Position numbers and translations under genes: made by a program | Part shown: positions 19,772 to 28,847 of the stretch, piece by piece | Layout: every line of letters begins with the position of its first letter | Position numbering within the stretch: position 1 is the stretch's first letter | NCBI GenBank assembly: GCA_902610995.1 | Contig: CACLXU010000003.1 | Coordinates: forward strand, 1,598 to 65,597 | Source of the DNA: an uncultured SAR86 cluster bacterium | GTDB taxonomy: Bacteria; Pseudomonadota; Gammaproteobacteria; Magnimaribacterales; TMED112 | Direction of reading: 5' to 3' | Length of the DNA: 64,000 nucleotides | Notes under the pieces: model-generated | The model's input: only the letters and a program-made list of their open reading frames with translations | Told to the model about the DNA's origin: nothing | Databases searched by the model: none

Positions 19772-20683
19772 TTAACCCTCTATTATATTGAGTAAAATTT
19801 TATTAAATTCTTCAGGATTTTCCATATGTGGAAGATGACCTGTTTCGTCTATGAAAAACTCATTGCGTCTAGAAAAAATAACTTCTATTTTTTCTTTAAA
19901 AGTATCATATGGAACAACCTCGTCACTTTCACCCCATATTGTAAATATGGGAATGTCGGACTGATTTATTTTTTTATGAATGCCATCAAGTGAGGTGTGG
20001 TTATTTCTTGTTGAAAGCAAAGCTTTTGCAAACCCTTTATATTTTGTAAGTTCAGCATATTTTGTTATCCAGTCCGGATACTTTTCTGGATATTTAAAGT
20101 CAGAAAGTTGGCTTTCTATTAAAGATGGGTACTGACCAATAAGATCATCAATCTCCTTTTGACTTACGCTTTTATCATCTCTTTCTTCAGCTTCAAGAAA
20201 TCCACTTGATGCTATGTATATTAGAGCATTAACTGCTTGAGGTTTAATATCAGCTATCTTGCTAATCACTCTGCCCCCATTAGATAAGCCAAGAAATGTA
20301 GCTGTCTTAATATTTAAATAATCAAGCAACTGAAGCGTCTGCTTGGCAAATAATCTATCAGTATAAGGCTTGTTAATGTTTTCAGAGAACCCTCTTCCGT
20401 ATAGGTCTAATGCCACAACACAATAAGATTTTTCTGAGAGTAAATTATAGACAGGGTCAAGAATATAAGAGGGAACAGAGAAGCCATGTACCAAAATATA
20501 ATATTCTGGACATTCTTGACTTATATTAGTTTTGAAATAAGTGAAACCTTCAGCCAGATCAACAAAATTTTCTTCAGGGCCTAAATTAAAATTGTCCCTA
20601 AATTTTTCATCCTTTATAACGGTTTCAAAATTTGCTGAAGCGGTTATAGATAAGAACAAAAAAATAGTCAGAAAAGGTCTCAT
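19772..20683 (-). CDS. Exported alpha/beta-hydrolase
   Basis: Signal peptide; LVHGFS, DLYGRGFS, GLSNG, WGESD and GHLPHME motifs. Confidence 0.88.
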   Translation of the reverse strand: MRPFLTIFLFLSITASANFETVIKDEKFRDNFNLGPEENFVDLAEGFTYFKTNISQECPEYYILVHGFSVPSYILDPVYNLLSEKSYCVVALDLYGRGFSENINKPYTDRLFAKQTLQLLDYLNIKTATFLGLSNGGRVISKIADIKPQAVNALIYIASSGFLEAEERDDKSVSQKEIDDLIGQYPSLIESQLSDFKYPEKYPDWITKYAELTKYKGFAKALLSTRNNHTSLDGIHKKINQSDIPIFTIWGESDEVVPYDTFKEKIEVIFSRRNEFFIDETGHLPHMENPEEFNKILLNIIEG

Positions 20684-20698
20684 ATGAATTAGTATAGC

Positions 20699-21640
20699 TT
20701 AGATTTTTTGTGTACTTCTAAAGAAGAAAAAGAAAGATAATGTCGCACATGCGGAAAGAATGTGCCAAATCCCATGCGGCTGAAATATTGAATCTGGATT
20801 ACAGAGTGCTGTACCTGGATAGCCTTGAAGCCAAATTGCAAATGCTGCGATATAAAAACCCACTCCTGCCCAATACCATGGAAAATAATTTTTTTTAACT
20901 GGGCTTTTTTCATCAAGTATTAGAGCAGGCAGCCAAAAAAGAACCACCCACCAGTATTCACTAAAATTCAGAATTACTTGATCTGGAAATATTCCAAAAA
21001 CTGACATCACAGCAATACCAACAAACCCAGAAAGATACCTTATTATTTTTGAGTTATAGTTTTGCAGTACTTCAGTTATTACCCAAAGGGCAATTGAAAG
21101 TGCCCAGAAGTTAAAATTAATGCCAAGACCTGTCCCGAAAAGCCAACTCAATAGGCCATAAACCCCAACAATATATAAATAAACTTTTACAAAAGAACTT
21201 TCTTTATAGTTTTTAATAACAAAGACATTTACTAACCAAGGAATAGATATATACATAATCATGCTCAACCAATCTGCCCACTGTCCCCATGTAGTATGTG
21301 TTCCATGCATAAGCAAAGAACCAGGTCCAAGAAATAATGCTGCCGAGGCGTACAGTAATGCAGTAGGAGTGGGTCCATGAAACCTACTATCTTTACGCTT
21401 TTTTTCGTTAGCTAGAATCCAGAACATGATCAATCCAGTAGTTATGAATCCCAAATTACTTAAGGCGTTGGCAGGCTCTCTAAAGTAGCCACCACTTATT
21501 CTTTCACACCATCTTGATACCTCTCCAATAGCATAACCAGCCTCAACAGATAAAAAGTTTGTTGTAGCCGCAAGCAAAATGTATACAAAAAAGAATAAGC
21601 CTGTCGCAAGCAGCGGTATAAGGAAAATTTTTATGTTCAT
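20699..21640 (-). CDS. Ceramidase-like membrane hydrolase (CREST superfamily)
   Basis: WCE...REPANALSN, SxxxH (SLLMH), Asp (WAD) and HxxWH (HGIWH) motifs; multi-TM. Confidence 0.8.
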   Translation of the reverse strand: MNIKIFLIPLLATGLFFFVYILLAATTNFLSVEAGYAIGEVSRWCERISGGYFREPANALSNLGFITTGLIMFWILANEKKRKDSRFHGPTPTALLYASAALFLGPGSLLMHGTHTTWGQWADWLSMIMYISIPWLVNVFVIKNYKESSFVKVYLYIVGVYGLLSWLFGTGLGINFNFWALSIALWVITEVLQNYNSKIIRYLSGFVGIAVMSVFGIFPDQVILNFSEYWWVVLFWLPALILDEKSPVKKNYFPWYWAGVGFYIAAFAIWLQGYPGTALCNPDSIFQPHGIWHILSACATLSFFFFFRSTQKI

Positions 21641-22204
21641 CTAGCTGTCCCACCTGACGACAAAATCGTCAATATTGAATTCGGGTAAACGCTTTGGAGC
21701 TCCCTTGGGAGTACCAACATAAAGATAACCAACTACATTTTGACCTTCTCCAAGATCCAAGAACTTACCAATTTTTTTGTTAAATGCAAAGCTACCTGTT
21801 CTCCAAATTCCTCCATAACCTAAAGCATGTAATGCCAATAAAATGTTTTCAGCTGCAGCTGCAGTAGACATAATTTGTTCAACTTCCGGAACCTTAGGGT
21901 GCTCTTTAGGAGTATTCACAAGAACTATAACCATAGGTGCTCTGAACGGTGCGTTTTTATATTTTTCAAGCTTTTCTGGCAGCAGGTTAGTTATGTTTTC
22001 CTCTGCAAAATCTACAAAGGCTTTGGATAATTTATCTAGGCCTTTGCCTTGAATCTCGATGAAGCTTGAAGGTCGCAACCATGCATGATCAGGCGCCCTT
22101 AAGGCTGCTTGATAAACTTTCTGCATTTCCTCTGTAGAGGGTGCTGGCAAATCTAGCTGTCTGTGAGAGTTTCTTTCGAGGATATTTTTTAAAGCTTCAT
22201 TCAT
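21641..22204 (-). CDS. Nitroreductase family protein (YdjA-like)
   Basis: AALRAPDH..LRP, RAP and G.GGIWRTG motifs. Confidence 0.9.
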   Translation of the reverse strand: MNEALKNILERNSHRQLDLPAPSTEEMQKVYQAALRAPDHAWLRPSSFIEIQGKGLDKLSKAFVDFAEENITNLLPEKLEKYKNAPFRAPMVIVLVNTPKEHPKVPEVEQIMSTAAAAENILLALHALGYGGIWRTGSFAFNKKIGKFLDLGEGQNVVGYLYVGTPKGAPKRLPEFNIDDFVVRWDS

Positions 22205-22209
22205 TAATA

Positions 22210-23583
22210 CTATCTAAGTTGTGCGCGTTTTAATTCAATCTCTTTAATGATTATTTGCGCTTGTTCTACTGCCAGACCAATGTATGTTTCTGGATCCAAA
22301 ATCAGTTTAAGCTCGCTTTTGGAAATATGTTTTGAGATTATTTCGTTTTCCAGAGATACCTCATAAAGGGTGAGGTTATTTTCTAAAGCATATTTTGCAA
22401 CATCATGCATAAGGTCATTGGCCGTATCTTTGCCAATTTTTTCTGCCAGATAAAATGTCAGTCTTTGTGAAAGTATAAGTCCATTAGTAAGGTCTAAGTT
22501 TTCTCTCATTTTTTCTTTATTAACTTTTAGTTGAGCTAAAAGTGGTTTTGCTCTTTCAATCATTTCCTCAGCGGCTATTGAGATGGCTTTCAATTCATCG
22601 TCACTTTTTTGACCATCTCTTTCAAAGCTATTTACCATATCATCTAAAACTATTTCTGAGAGTCTCGGAATAATTCGAGAATATTCAATTAAAGCCCCAG
22701 GGCCTCTAGGATTTTTTTTCTGTGGCATTGTGCTGCTTCCGACCGCATCAGAGCCTAAATCCTCCTCTGTTTCACCCAACTCTGTCATTTGAAGCAATGT
22801 AAGTTCATTGCCAATGCGTCCGAATGATTTAGATATAATTGCAAGCGTCACAGCATACTCAGCAAAAACGTCACGAATTCCATGCCAATCATCTTTTGAG
22901 GGTTCAGCAAGGCCAAGCTTTTTCATCATAATAGCCTCGGTTTCAATTGCTTGCTTTCCAAGACCAAGGTACGAACCAACTGCCCCTTTTAAAATTCCTG
23001 ATCTTTGGACCTTAGATCTTACGTGCTCTAGTCTTTCAATATTTCTTCTATTTTCTGCAAGCCAAGTGCCTGTTTTTTTTCCAAAAGTAATTGGCAGTGC
23101 ATGCTGTCCAAGCGTTCTTCCTGCCATGTAGGTGTTTAGATGCTCTTTTGTAAGTTTTAGCAAATGAGTCTCTACTTCCAAAAGATCTTTTATTAAATAA
23201 TCTAATGAGTTATCAATTTGTAGTACAAGGACTGTATCCATAATATCAACAGTCGTTGCGCCATAGTGTAGAAACTCGGATGCTTCATCGTTCAAAGACC
23301 TTTTCCAGACATTTAATCTGGCTACAAGGCCATGCCTTACTTTGCTGTTTTCTTTGACAACCTCTTTATGCTCCAAGTACTTAATGTCTGCTTTTTGCCT
23401 AAACTCTTTCGCAGCCCAGTCAGGAATAATTCCAAGCTCACTTTGAGCTTCAGCTAAGGCAACCTCTACGTTCATAAACAGTTGATTTTTGTTGTCGTTA
23501 CTAAAAATATTTTCTACTTCACTTTCTGTGAAGACAAAAAGTGCTGGAAACAGTAGATTTAATAAAAGGATTTTTCTTATCAT
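22210..23583 (-). CDS. Fumarase/aspartase-superfamily lyase (ASL/PcaB-like) with a putative signal peptide
   Basis: HYGATT.DI, RTLGQHA.P.TFG and the GSSTMPQKKNP signature. Confidence 0.85.
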   Translation of the reverse strand: MIRKILLLNLLFPALFVFTESEVENIFSNDNKNQLFMNVEVALAEAQSELGIIPDWAAKEFRQKADIKYLEHKEVVKENSKVRHGLVARLNVWKRSLNDEASEFLHYGATTVDIMDTVLVLQIDNSLDYLIKDLLEVETHLLKLTKEHLNTYMAGRTLGQHALPITFGKKTGTWLAENRRNIERLEHVRSKVQRSGILKGAVGSYLGLGKQAIETEAIMMKKLGLAEPSKDDWHGIRDVFAEYAVTLAIISKSFGRIGNELTLLQMTELGETEEDLGSDAVGSSTMPQKKNPRGPGALIEYSRIIPRLSEIVLDDMVNSFERDGQKSDDELKAISIAAEEMIERAKPLLAQLKVNKEKMRENLDLTNGLILSQRLTFYLAEKIGKDTANDLMHDVAKYALENNLTLYEVSLENEIISKHISKSELKLILDPETYIGLAVEQAQIIIKEIELKRAQLR

Positions 23584-24206
23584 TGGTCTTGGCCCAAAAT
23601 TTCTATACCTACTTTATTTTGATTCAATAAATAGAATACTGGAAATGAGCTATCAGTAATAGATTTTTCCAAAACCTTAAATTTCTCTTGGTTGGATACA
23701 AGCAAATATATTTTTAACGACCTCAGAATCATTGATAGATTCATGCTAATTCTTTCATGACAGGGCTGGCCCATTGGCTTTGTATAGATAATGTTTGGTT
23801 TAGATTTATTATTAATATCATCAGGGTTTTGCATAATATGTTCAGAAAAAAGTGAGGCAAAATGACCATCTTCACCCATACCTAATAAGACAATATCGAA
23901 TGGTTTTCCAATCTTTGCGACTCTCTCAGGGTCTTGGGATATGGAAATATAATTCGCTTCAGCCGCCTTATTGATTAGAAGTTCGTTTTTAACCATTTTT
24001 TCATTTGAATCTTGGTGATTTGTATCCACTCTTCTCTCATCTACTAATGCAATATCAATCCTTGCCCAATCAAGATCGCAAGAACTTAGTTCGTTGAAAA
24101 TACCAATAGGACTAGAACCACCACTGACAATAAGTGAGGCTCTTTGTTTTGTTTTTAATGCTTGCTGTAATTCTTGAAAGATTTTATTGGCATGGGGATG
24201 TAGCAT
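23580..24206 (-). CDS. pgl: 6-phosphogluconolactonase
   Basis: SGGSSP, VDER.V, DSN and LGMGEDGHFASLF motifs. Confidence 0.9.
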   Translation of the reverse strand: MLHPHANKIFQELQQALKTKQRASLIVSGGSSPIGIFNELSSCDLDWARIDIALVDERRVDTNHQDSNEKMVKNELLINKAAEANYISISQDPERVAKIGKPFDIVLLGMGEDGHFASLFSEHIMQNPDDINNKSKPNIIYTKPMGQPCHERISMNLSMILRSLKIYLLVSNQEKFKVLEKSITDSSFPVFYLLNQNKVGIEILGQDQ

Positions 24207-24235
24207 ATTTAAAAATTAAATTGGAAAATTTGATT

Positions 24236-24640
24236 CTACCTGCTGTGACATGAGTCACATTCAATTGCCTTGCACTCTTGATGATTTCGAAAGTGGGAGT
24301 ACGCCACTAATAAAGAACCTAGTAGTGTAAGTGCTCGCTCGCCCATCTCTCCTAGGGCTGCCTCTCCTAAAAGCACTGCGCTAATAAGTATGAACAAGCC
24401 AATAATACCGAAAGGCAGGAATGATAGGTTTTTATGGTTTTTATAGCCCAGATATAAAGCAAAGATACTTACTGGAACAGCTGCTAAAAGAATGAGGTAG
24501 TGCACAAATTCATTATCAATTGAGATTGAAAGAATACCTGATGTCAAAATAATAAATGAAGGCGCGAAGAAGCAATGGATTACGCATGCGGCTGAAAGAG
24601 TTACAGCTACCTTGTCTGAATTCATTTGGGTTTTCAACAT
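24236..24640 (-). CDS. MerC-domain membrane protein
   Basis: DK....S..C.IHC motif, 4 TM segments, H..N and a Cys/His C-terminus. Confidence 0.85.
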   Translation of the reverse strand: MLKTQMNSDKVAVTLSAACVIHCFFAPSFIILTSGILSISIDNEFVHYLILLAAVPVSIFALYLGYKNHKNLSFLPFGIIGLFILISAVLLGEAALGEMGERALTLLGSLLVAYSHFRNHQECKAIECDSCHSR

Positions 24641-24685
24641 CGCTATATCTTACTTTCCTATGTTGCTAATTACTACTATACCTAA

Positions 24686-24967
24686 CTAAATAGTGTTTAA
24701 CTTTTCCATTTTGAGCAACTTAATTTTTTGCTTAACTCCACCTGGTGCACTATATCCCCCTATATTGCCGTCTGACCTTATTGCTCTGTGACAAGGGATT
24801 GTTACGGGCAATGGATTTTTTCCACATGCATTTGCTACTGCTCTTGCAGAGTTAGGCCTTCCAATCAAGATGGCAATTTCTTTGTAAGTTCTTGTTTGTC
24901 CTGAGGGAATTTTTCTTAACTGTTCCCAAACGGCCTTCTGAAAATTGGTGCCTTCAATTTGACTCAT
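24686..24967 (-). CDS. Minimal O6-methylguanine-DNA methyltransferase (C-terminal domain only)
   Basis: IP.G..RTY, ARAVA.AC..N and the PCHR active site. Confidence 0.85.
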   Translation of the reverse strand: MSQIEGTNFQKAVWEQLRKIPSGQTRTYKEIAILIGRPNSARAVANACGKNPLPVTIPCHRAIRSDGNIGGYSAPGGVKQKIKLLKMEKLNTI

Positions 24968-25220
24968 ACATCTCAATCGTAGATAAGTAGATATTTCCAG
25001 AAATAAAATCACCTAGATACGTAACGGTAATAATGAACAATCCTATAATGAAATAAAACAATGCAATCTTTGGTTGATTTGTTTTCTCTTGCCAACCCAT
25101 AATTACATACAAAACCCCAAGTGAAAAAAACGCCAAAGATGAAAGATAATTATCAATAATCATTAAATATACAGCAGCAATCAATAGAATCGTCGTGAGG
25201 CCGTAGTAAAGTTTATTCAT
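24954..25220 (-). CDS. Hypothetical membrane protein
   Basis: 88 aa with about 3 TM segments. Confidence 0.65.
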   Translation of the reverse strand: MNKLYYGLTTILLIAAVYLMIIDNYLSSLAFFSLGVLYVIMGWQEKTNQPKIALFYFIIGLFIITVTYLGDFISGNIYLSTIEMYESN

Positions 25221-25247
25221 AAAAACTTCCGACTATTAAAAATCTCA

Positions 25248-26048
25248 TTACTCTATTGGTTTTTTAAACAACAATGTCATCCTATCACTTTCGCCAATAG
25301 CAAGATACTTATCTCTATCAACATCTTTAAGTCTCAGGCTTGGTGGAAGCGTCCAAACTCCATCTTTATAGTCTTTAGTGTCTTTAGGATTTGCATTTAT
25401 TTCAGAGCGTGCAATAAGTTTAAATCCATGCTTATTTGCAATCTTGATAGCATGCTCCTCTGATACGTACCCACTACTTTTCATAACTTCCATGGTTGTG
25501 CCCTTATTTGCTCGATGCTCAACTACACCAAATATCCCGCCTGGTTTTAGAGCTTTGAATGTATTGGCAAAAATTGTATCCATATTTGGGCCAAGCCAGT
25601 TATGTAGATTTCTAAAAGTAATGGCTGCATCAATTGAGTTGGGTTGAGCCAACTCTTCATAAAGATCAACCACCTCAACATGCTTATACATTTCTGAACT
25701 TGCTAATTTTTTATCGTATGCAGCTCTGCTGCGTCTGAAGTATGCCCTTTCAGATTTTGGATTGTAGTGAGCTGCAATCAACCTGCCTGGTTTATGAATA
25801 TAGTTAGCAAGAATCTCTGTATACCAACCACCACCAGGTGAAAGCTCAATCACTGACATGTCTGGCTCAATCCCAAAAAAGGTTAAGGTCTCATAAGGAT
25901 TTCTAAATTGATCTCTTAAAACATATTCGGGAGAGCGCTCTGTGCTTTGGATAGCTTCTTTTAAAGCATGCGAATTTAGTGTAGACGGTAGAAGCAAACA
26001 AGCAGTTAGCAGAATTTTAAAAAAATTTAATTGTTTAGTGATATTCAT
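25248..26048 (-). CDS. Class I SAM-dependent methyltransferase-like protein with signal peptide (COG4798-like)
   Basis: RD..R.P.ETL.FFG, PGGGWYT, FRNLHNW, LKPGG, SEINANPKD and GESDR motifs. Confidence 0.85.
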   Translation of the reverse strand: MNITKQLNFFKILLTACLLLPSTLNSHALKEAIQSTERSPEYVLRDQFRNPYETLTFFGIEPDMSVIELSPGGGWYTEILANYIHKPGRLIAAHYNPKSERAYFRRSRAAYDKKLASSEMYKHVEVVDLYEELAQPNSIDAAITFRNLHNWLGPNMDTIFANTFKALKPGGIFGVVEHRANKGTTMEVMKSSGYVSEEHAIKIANKHGFKLIARSEINANPKDTKDYKDGVWTLPPSLRLKDVDRDKYLAIGESDRMTLLFKKPIE

Positions 26049-26103
26049 GATTGAGCTTTCTCCTTTTTGTTCATTATAAATTAAAATTAGATATCAAAAT
26101 TCT

Positions 26104-26349
26104 TCATTTAAAGATTGCAATTATTTTTTGTTTGCAACTAAACCAAAAATCTTTGCTCTTTTGGATAATCTCTGGGCCTAAGAGTGCGAGCCCAGGGTAC
26201 CAGGTCACTTGGCTAGCAACATAGATACCGCCCCCATAATGAAACTCGCCCATGGATGCCATTACAATACTTACCACAGTTAAAATAATTGAAATTATCA
26301 ATAAGGACCACCCTAAAATTTTTCTCATTCTTGTAAAAATTGGCGCCAT
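26104..26349 (-). CDS. Hypothetical membrane protein
   Basis: 81 aa with about 2 TM segments. Confidence 0.6.
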   Translation of the reverse strand: MAPIFTRMRKILGWSLLIISIILTVVSIVMASMGEFHYGGGIYVASQVTWYPGLALLGPEIIQKSKDFWFSCKQKIIAIFK

Positions 26350-26363
26350 AGAAAAATGTTGAT

Positions 26364-26741
26364 TTAATTGATACCGCCTGCGTAAGACTTCAACACAGGA
26401 TTCATGGCTTGTAGTTTCTCTTTAAGATTATCCGTAGCTTCACCGAGTATTGTCATTTTTTCGATCTTAAATAATTGGCCAAATTTAATGTTAACTGGAG
26501 TGCCAATTACTTTATTAGCAAGATCTTCCCAAGCTTCTGCGTTAGAAAACACCTCTAGCAGAGTCGCTGTATTTGTTGCCTCATCGAAAAACCATTCAAA
26601 TTTTATGAGGCCTTGATCTGTTTGGTTGTCAATAAATGGACATTGTTCGTTTAGGATGAAATCTTTTACCTCATCAATTGGAGCTGAGTAAGAGACATCT
26701 ATTACTACTGTGACTTCGCCACTGTCTTGGTGTAGTTTCAT
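26364..26741 (-). CDS. Hypothetical protein (possible dimeric alpha/beta-barrel)
   Basis: 125-aa ORF; the pattern FEWF.....ATLLEVFSN.EAW loosely resembles ABM-like proteins. Confidence 0.6.
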   Translation of the reverse strand: MKLHQDSGEVTVVIDVSYSAPIDEVKDFILNEQCPFIDNQTDQGLIKFEWFFDEATNTATLLEVFSNAEAWEDLANKVIGTPVNIKFGQLFKIEKMTILGEATDNLKEKLQAMNPVLKSYAGGIN

Positions 26742-26786
26742 TTTAATATTTTTCTAAATTTATTATTTATAACTGTATTAGATCTC

Positions 26787-27257
26787 TTACTCTTTGTCAG
26801 CTTCTTTAGTTTGGGTGCCAACCTCTTCAGCTATTTCATTTGGTACTAGCATGGTCAAAGCGTAGTGCAGTATTTTCCACTCGTTATTAATTTTCTTCAC
26901 AACACCAGTTCCCCGACAATGCCCAAGCCGTTCATTAAAAAGTATTTCATCAAACCAACGAATATCTCCTTTTCCTTCCCAGTTCCTTTCAACAACTGAA
27001 TAAGTCCAACCATTGCCGTCCGCAAATGCCGGCTCAGCATAAGCCTTAAATTCTTCAATGGTCCATCGCTCAGTTTTGTCTGTACCTAAAAAGATTGCGT
27101 CAGGAGTATATCGGTCAAAGTACGTCTCGAAATTCCCTTCATGCGCATCCTGATGAAGTCCATCTAGAAGAGCATCTATGGCCCCACGCTGATCATCAGC
27201 GTTGCTATTGAGAGGCAATGATGCCATCAATATAAAAATTAAATTTTTGATTTTCAT
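26787..27257 (-). CDS. Exported SnoaL/NTF2-like protein
   Basis: Signal peptide; YF....DA.FLGTD..ERW, WFDE.L, RGTGV and WKI.HY motifs. Confidence 0.85.
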   Translation of the reverse strand: MKIKNLIFILMASLPLNSNADDQRGAIDALLDGLHQDAHEGNFETYFDRYTPDAIFLGTDKTERWTIEEFKAYAEPAFADGNGWTYSVVERNWEGKGDIRWFDEILFNERLGHCRGTGVVKKINNEWKILHYALTMLVPNEIAEEVGTQTKEADKE

Positions 27258-27270
27258 CTCACTTATTATA

Positions 27271-27558
27271 TTAACTTATTATTTTAGGTATGATTCCCAG
27301 TTGAGAAAGGATGCCGAAGATAATTATTAATATGATGCTTGAGAGTATTTTAAGGTTCTTCTTTAGAATCCATTCAATTGATAACTCTATAAAGTCTCTT
27401 ATCCATAGATCAACTTTTTCCATCAATTTAAGAGATTTTCTTATCCATTTATCAGTCACATCAATCAATGACAGACCAAGAACTGCGATAACAAGCCACA
27501 TAAACCCATTTAAGATCATGTCAATAATCCAGCCAACTACTACCCAATTTATTTCCAT
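27271..27558 (-). CDS. Hypothetical membrane protein
   Basis: 95 aa with hydrophobic ends. Confidence 0.55.
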   Translation of the reverse strand: MEINWVVVGWIIDMILNGFMWLVIAVLGLSLIDVTDKWIRKSLKLMEKVDLWIRDFIELSIEWILKKNLKILSSIILIIIFGILSQLGIIPKIIS

Positions 27559-27603
27559 AACAATCTAAGAGAATAAGATAACCATAGTTTTTTGACCAAA
27601 ATA

Positions 27604-27915
27604 TTATTTTCTTGGAGGAAGTCCTTTAATAAGTTGAATCGTTGCATCAGTTGCGGCCCTTCGGTGTTTGCTTAATTCTTGATAATCCACATCATTCCAC
27701 CAATTATTTGCGTCTTCTTCACTAGGAAAAGAAAATATAATTGCCCTTCCAGGCAATGGTCTTGGTCCTTCAAGCACTTCTGGTGAATCGTCAAATGTAA
27801 TAAATGTTCCATTATGTTTTTTTAAAAGTGGGAAAAAACCTTTTTCATAAGTTCTATATTCATCTGCATCATTTATGGTTAAATTTACTACTACATATAC
27901 ACTAATTTTTGTCAT
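27604..27915 (-). CDS. DUF1330 family protein
   Basis: Y..Y, EVLEG and FPS...A..WW...DYQ.....R motifs; AAGGAG RBS. Confidence 0.88.
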   Translation of the reverse strand: MTKISVYVVVNLTINDADEYRTYEKGFFPLLKKHNGTFITFDDSPEVLEGPRPLPGRAIIFSFPSEEDANNWWNDVDYQELSKHRRAATDATIQLIKGLPPRK

Positions 27916-28002
27916 TTTTACTCCTTAAACACTAATTAAGACTTATTCCTCGGTCACTGTTTAAAACTACTCCACTGTTACTGAGCGTTTTACAACAATC
28001 AA

Positions 28003-28122
28003 TTAGTTTTCGAGGGATTGTTGTTTCGTATCTTTTTTCTTCTTCCATTTTGCGATCAAAATCCAAGAATATGCTGTCACCGCAATCGTCAGAATTAACC
28101 AAATGTAAAAATTTATTTCCAT
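28003..28122 (-). CDS. Small single-TM protein, 39 aa (not in the ORF track)
   Basis: MEINFYIWLILTIAVTAYSWILIAKWKKKKDTKQQSLEN, with an AGGAG RBS upstream. Confidence 0.65.
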   Translation of the reverse strand: MEINFYIWLILTIAVTAYSWILIAKWKKKKDTKQQSLEN

Positions 28123-28183
28123 AATTATCTCCTGTTAATTTGCTGTTTTGTATTAGTCCACTATAACAGAGCCCATAACCAAA

Positions 28184-28384
28184 TTATATTGACTCATAAT
28201 TATCTGAATAATGTTTTTCTCTCTGCTCTTTGTTCATGCCAACAGTATCGTTCATAAAATTATTTCTTTCTTCTCTAGATTTGAAAACCCAAATGCAAAC
28301 TGTATCATGTGAATGATAAATTGCTTTTAACTCGTCATCTATTTCACAAATTTCTTTTGGTATTTCTGTTTTAATACAAATCAT
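28184..28384 (-). CDS. Hypothetical protein
   Basis: 66-aa ORF coupled to the upstream gene by an ATGA overlap. Confidence 0.65.
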   Translation of the reverse strand: MICIKTEIPKEICEIDDELKAIYHSHDTVCIWVFKSREERNNFMNDTVGMNKEQREKHYSDNYESI

Positions 28385-28767
28385 GACTCAAATCTTAACT
28401 TTCTGTGTATCAATATAAACAAACCTGCTCCAATTATAGTCCATAGAATATCATTCCAATCGAAGACACCTCTTCCGGGTGTAAAAATTGTAATGAACTC
28501 ATTGGCAATTAATCCCGATATGGAGATTCCTACTGACCAATAGAGTCGATTTTTAAATAAAGATGAATTAGGTTTGGATACTTCTGGAATTACTACATAT
28601 AACAGAGCAGGCAATCCAATTCCTGGGAAGAAATTTGGAGCAACACCTAGAAGATAAATTATTGTTTCATTAGCACCATCATAATTTGGTCTTATGTAAT
28701 CCTGGGCTATAGAAAAAAGCAAAAAAGAAATAGCAAAAATAATGTAATAAACGAACTTTCTATTCAT
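28381..28767 (-). CDS. Hypothetical membrane protein (VanZ-like C-terminal motif)
   Basis: 4 TM segments; E......GR..FDWNDI motif. Confidence 0.65.
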   Translation of the reverse strand: MNRKFVYYIIFAISFLLFSIAQDYIRPNYDGANETIIYLLGVAPNFFPGIGLPALLYVVIPEVSKPNSSLFKNRLYWSVGISISGLIANEFITIFTPGRGVFDWNDILWTIIGAGLFILIHRKLRFES

Positions 28768-28847
28768 TTTTATGTTTTATCACTAATATTTAATATCCAC
28801 AATCTTGTAAAAGTGGACAGTTCTATCTACTCAACAGTGGTGGATTT

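Noticed and set aside
22210-23583. Assignment as purB or pcaB
   Set aside because: It lacks the ASL catalytic His, has a signal-like N-terminus and has no pathway context, so no symbol was given.
24236-24640. Mercury resistance operon
   Set aside because: A lone MerC-domain gene with no merR, merA, merT or merP.
27546-28124. 15-bp direct repeat AATTTATTTCCATAA at the starts of two small genes (both MEIN...)
   Set aside because: Very AT-rich and explicable by start-region codon bias; the similarity does not extend further.
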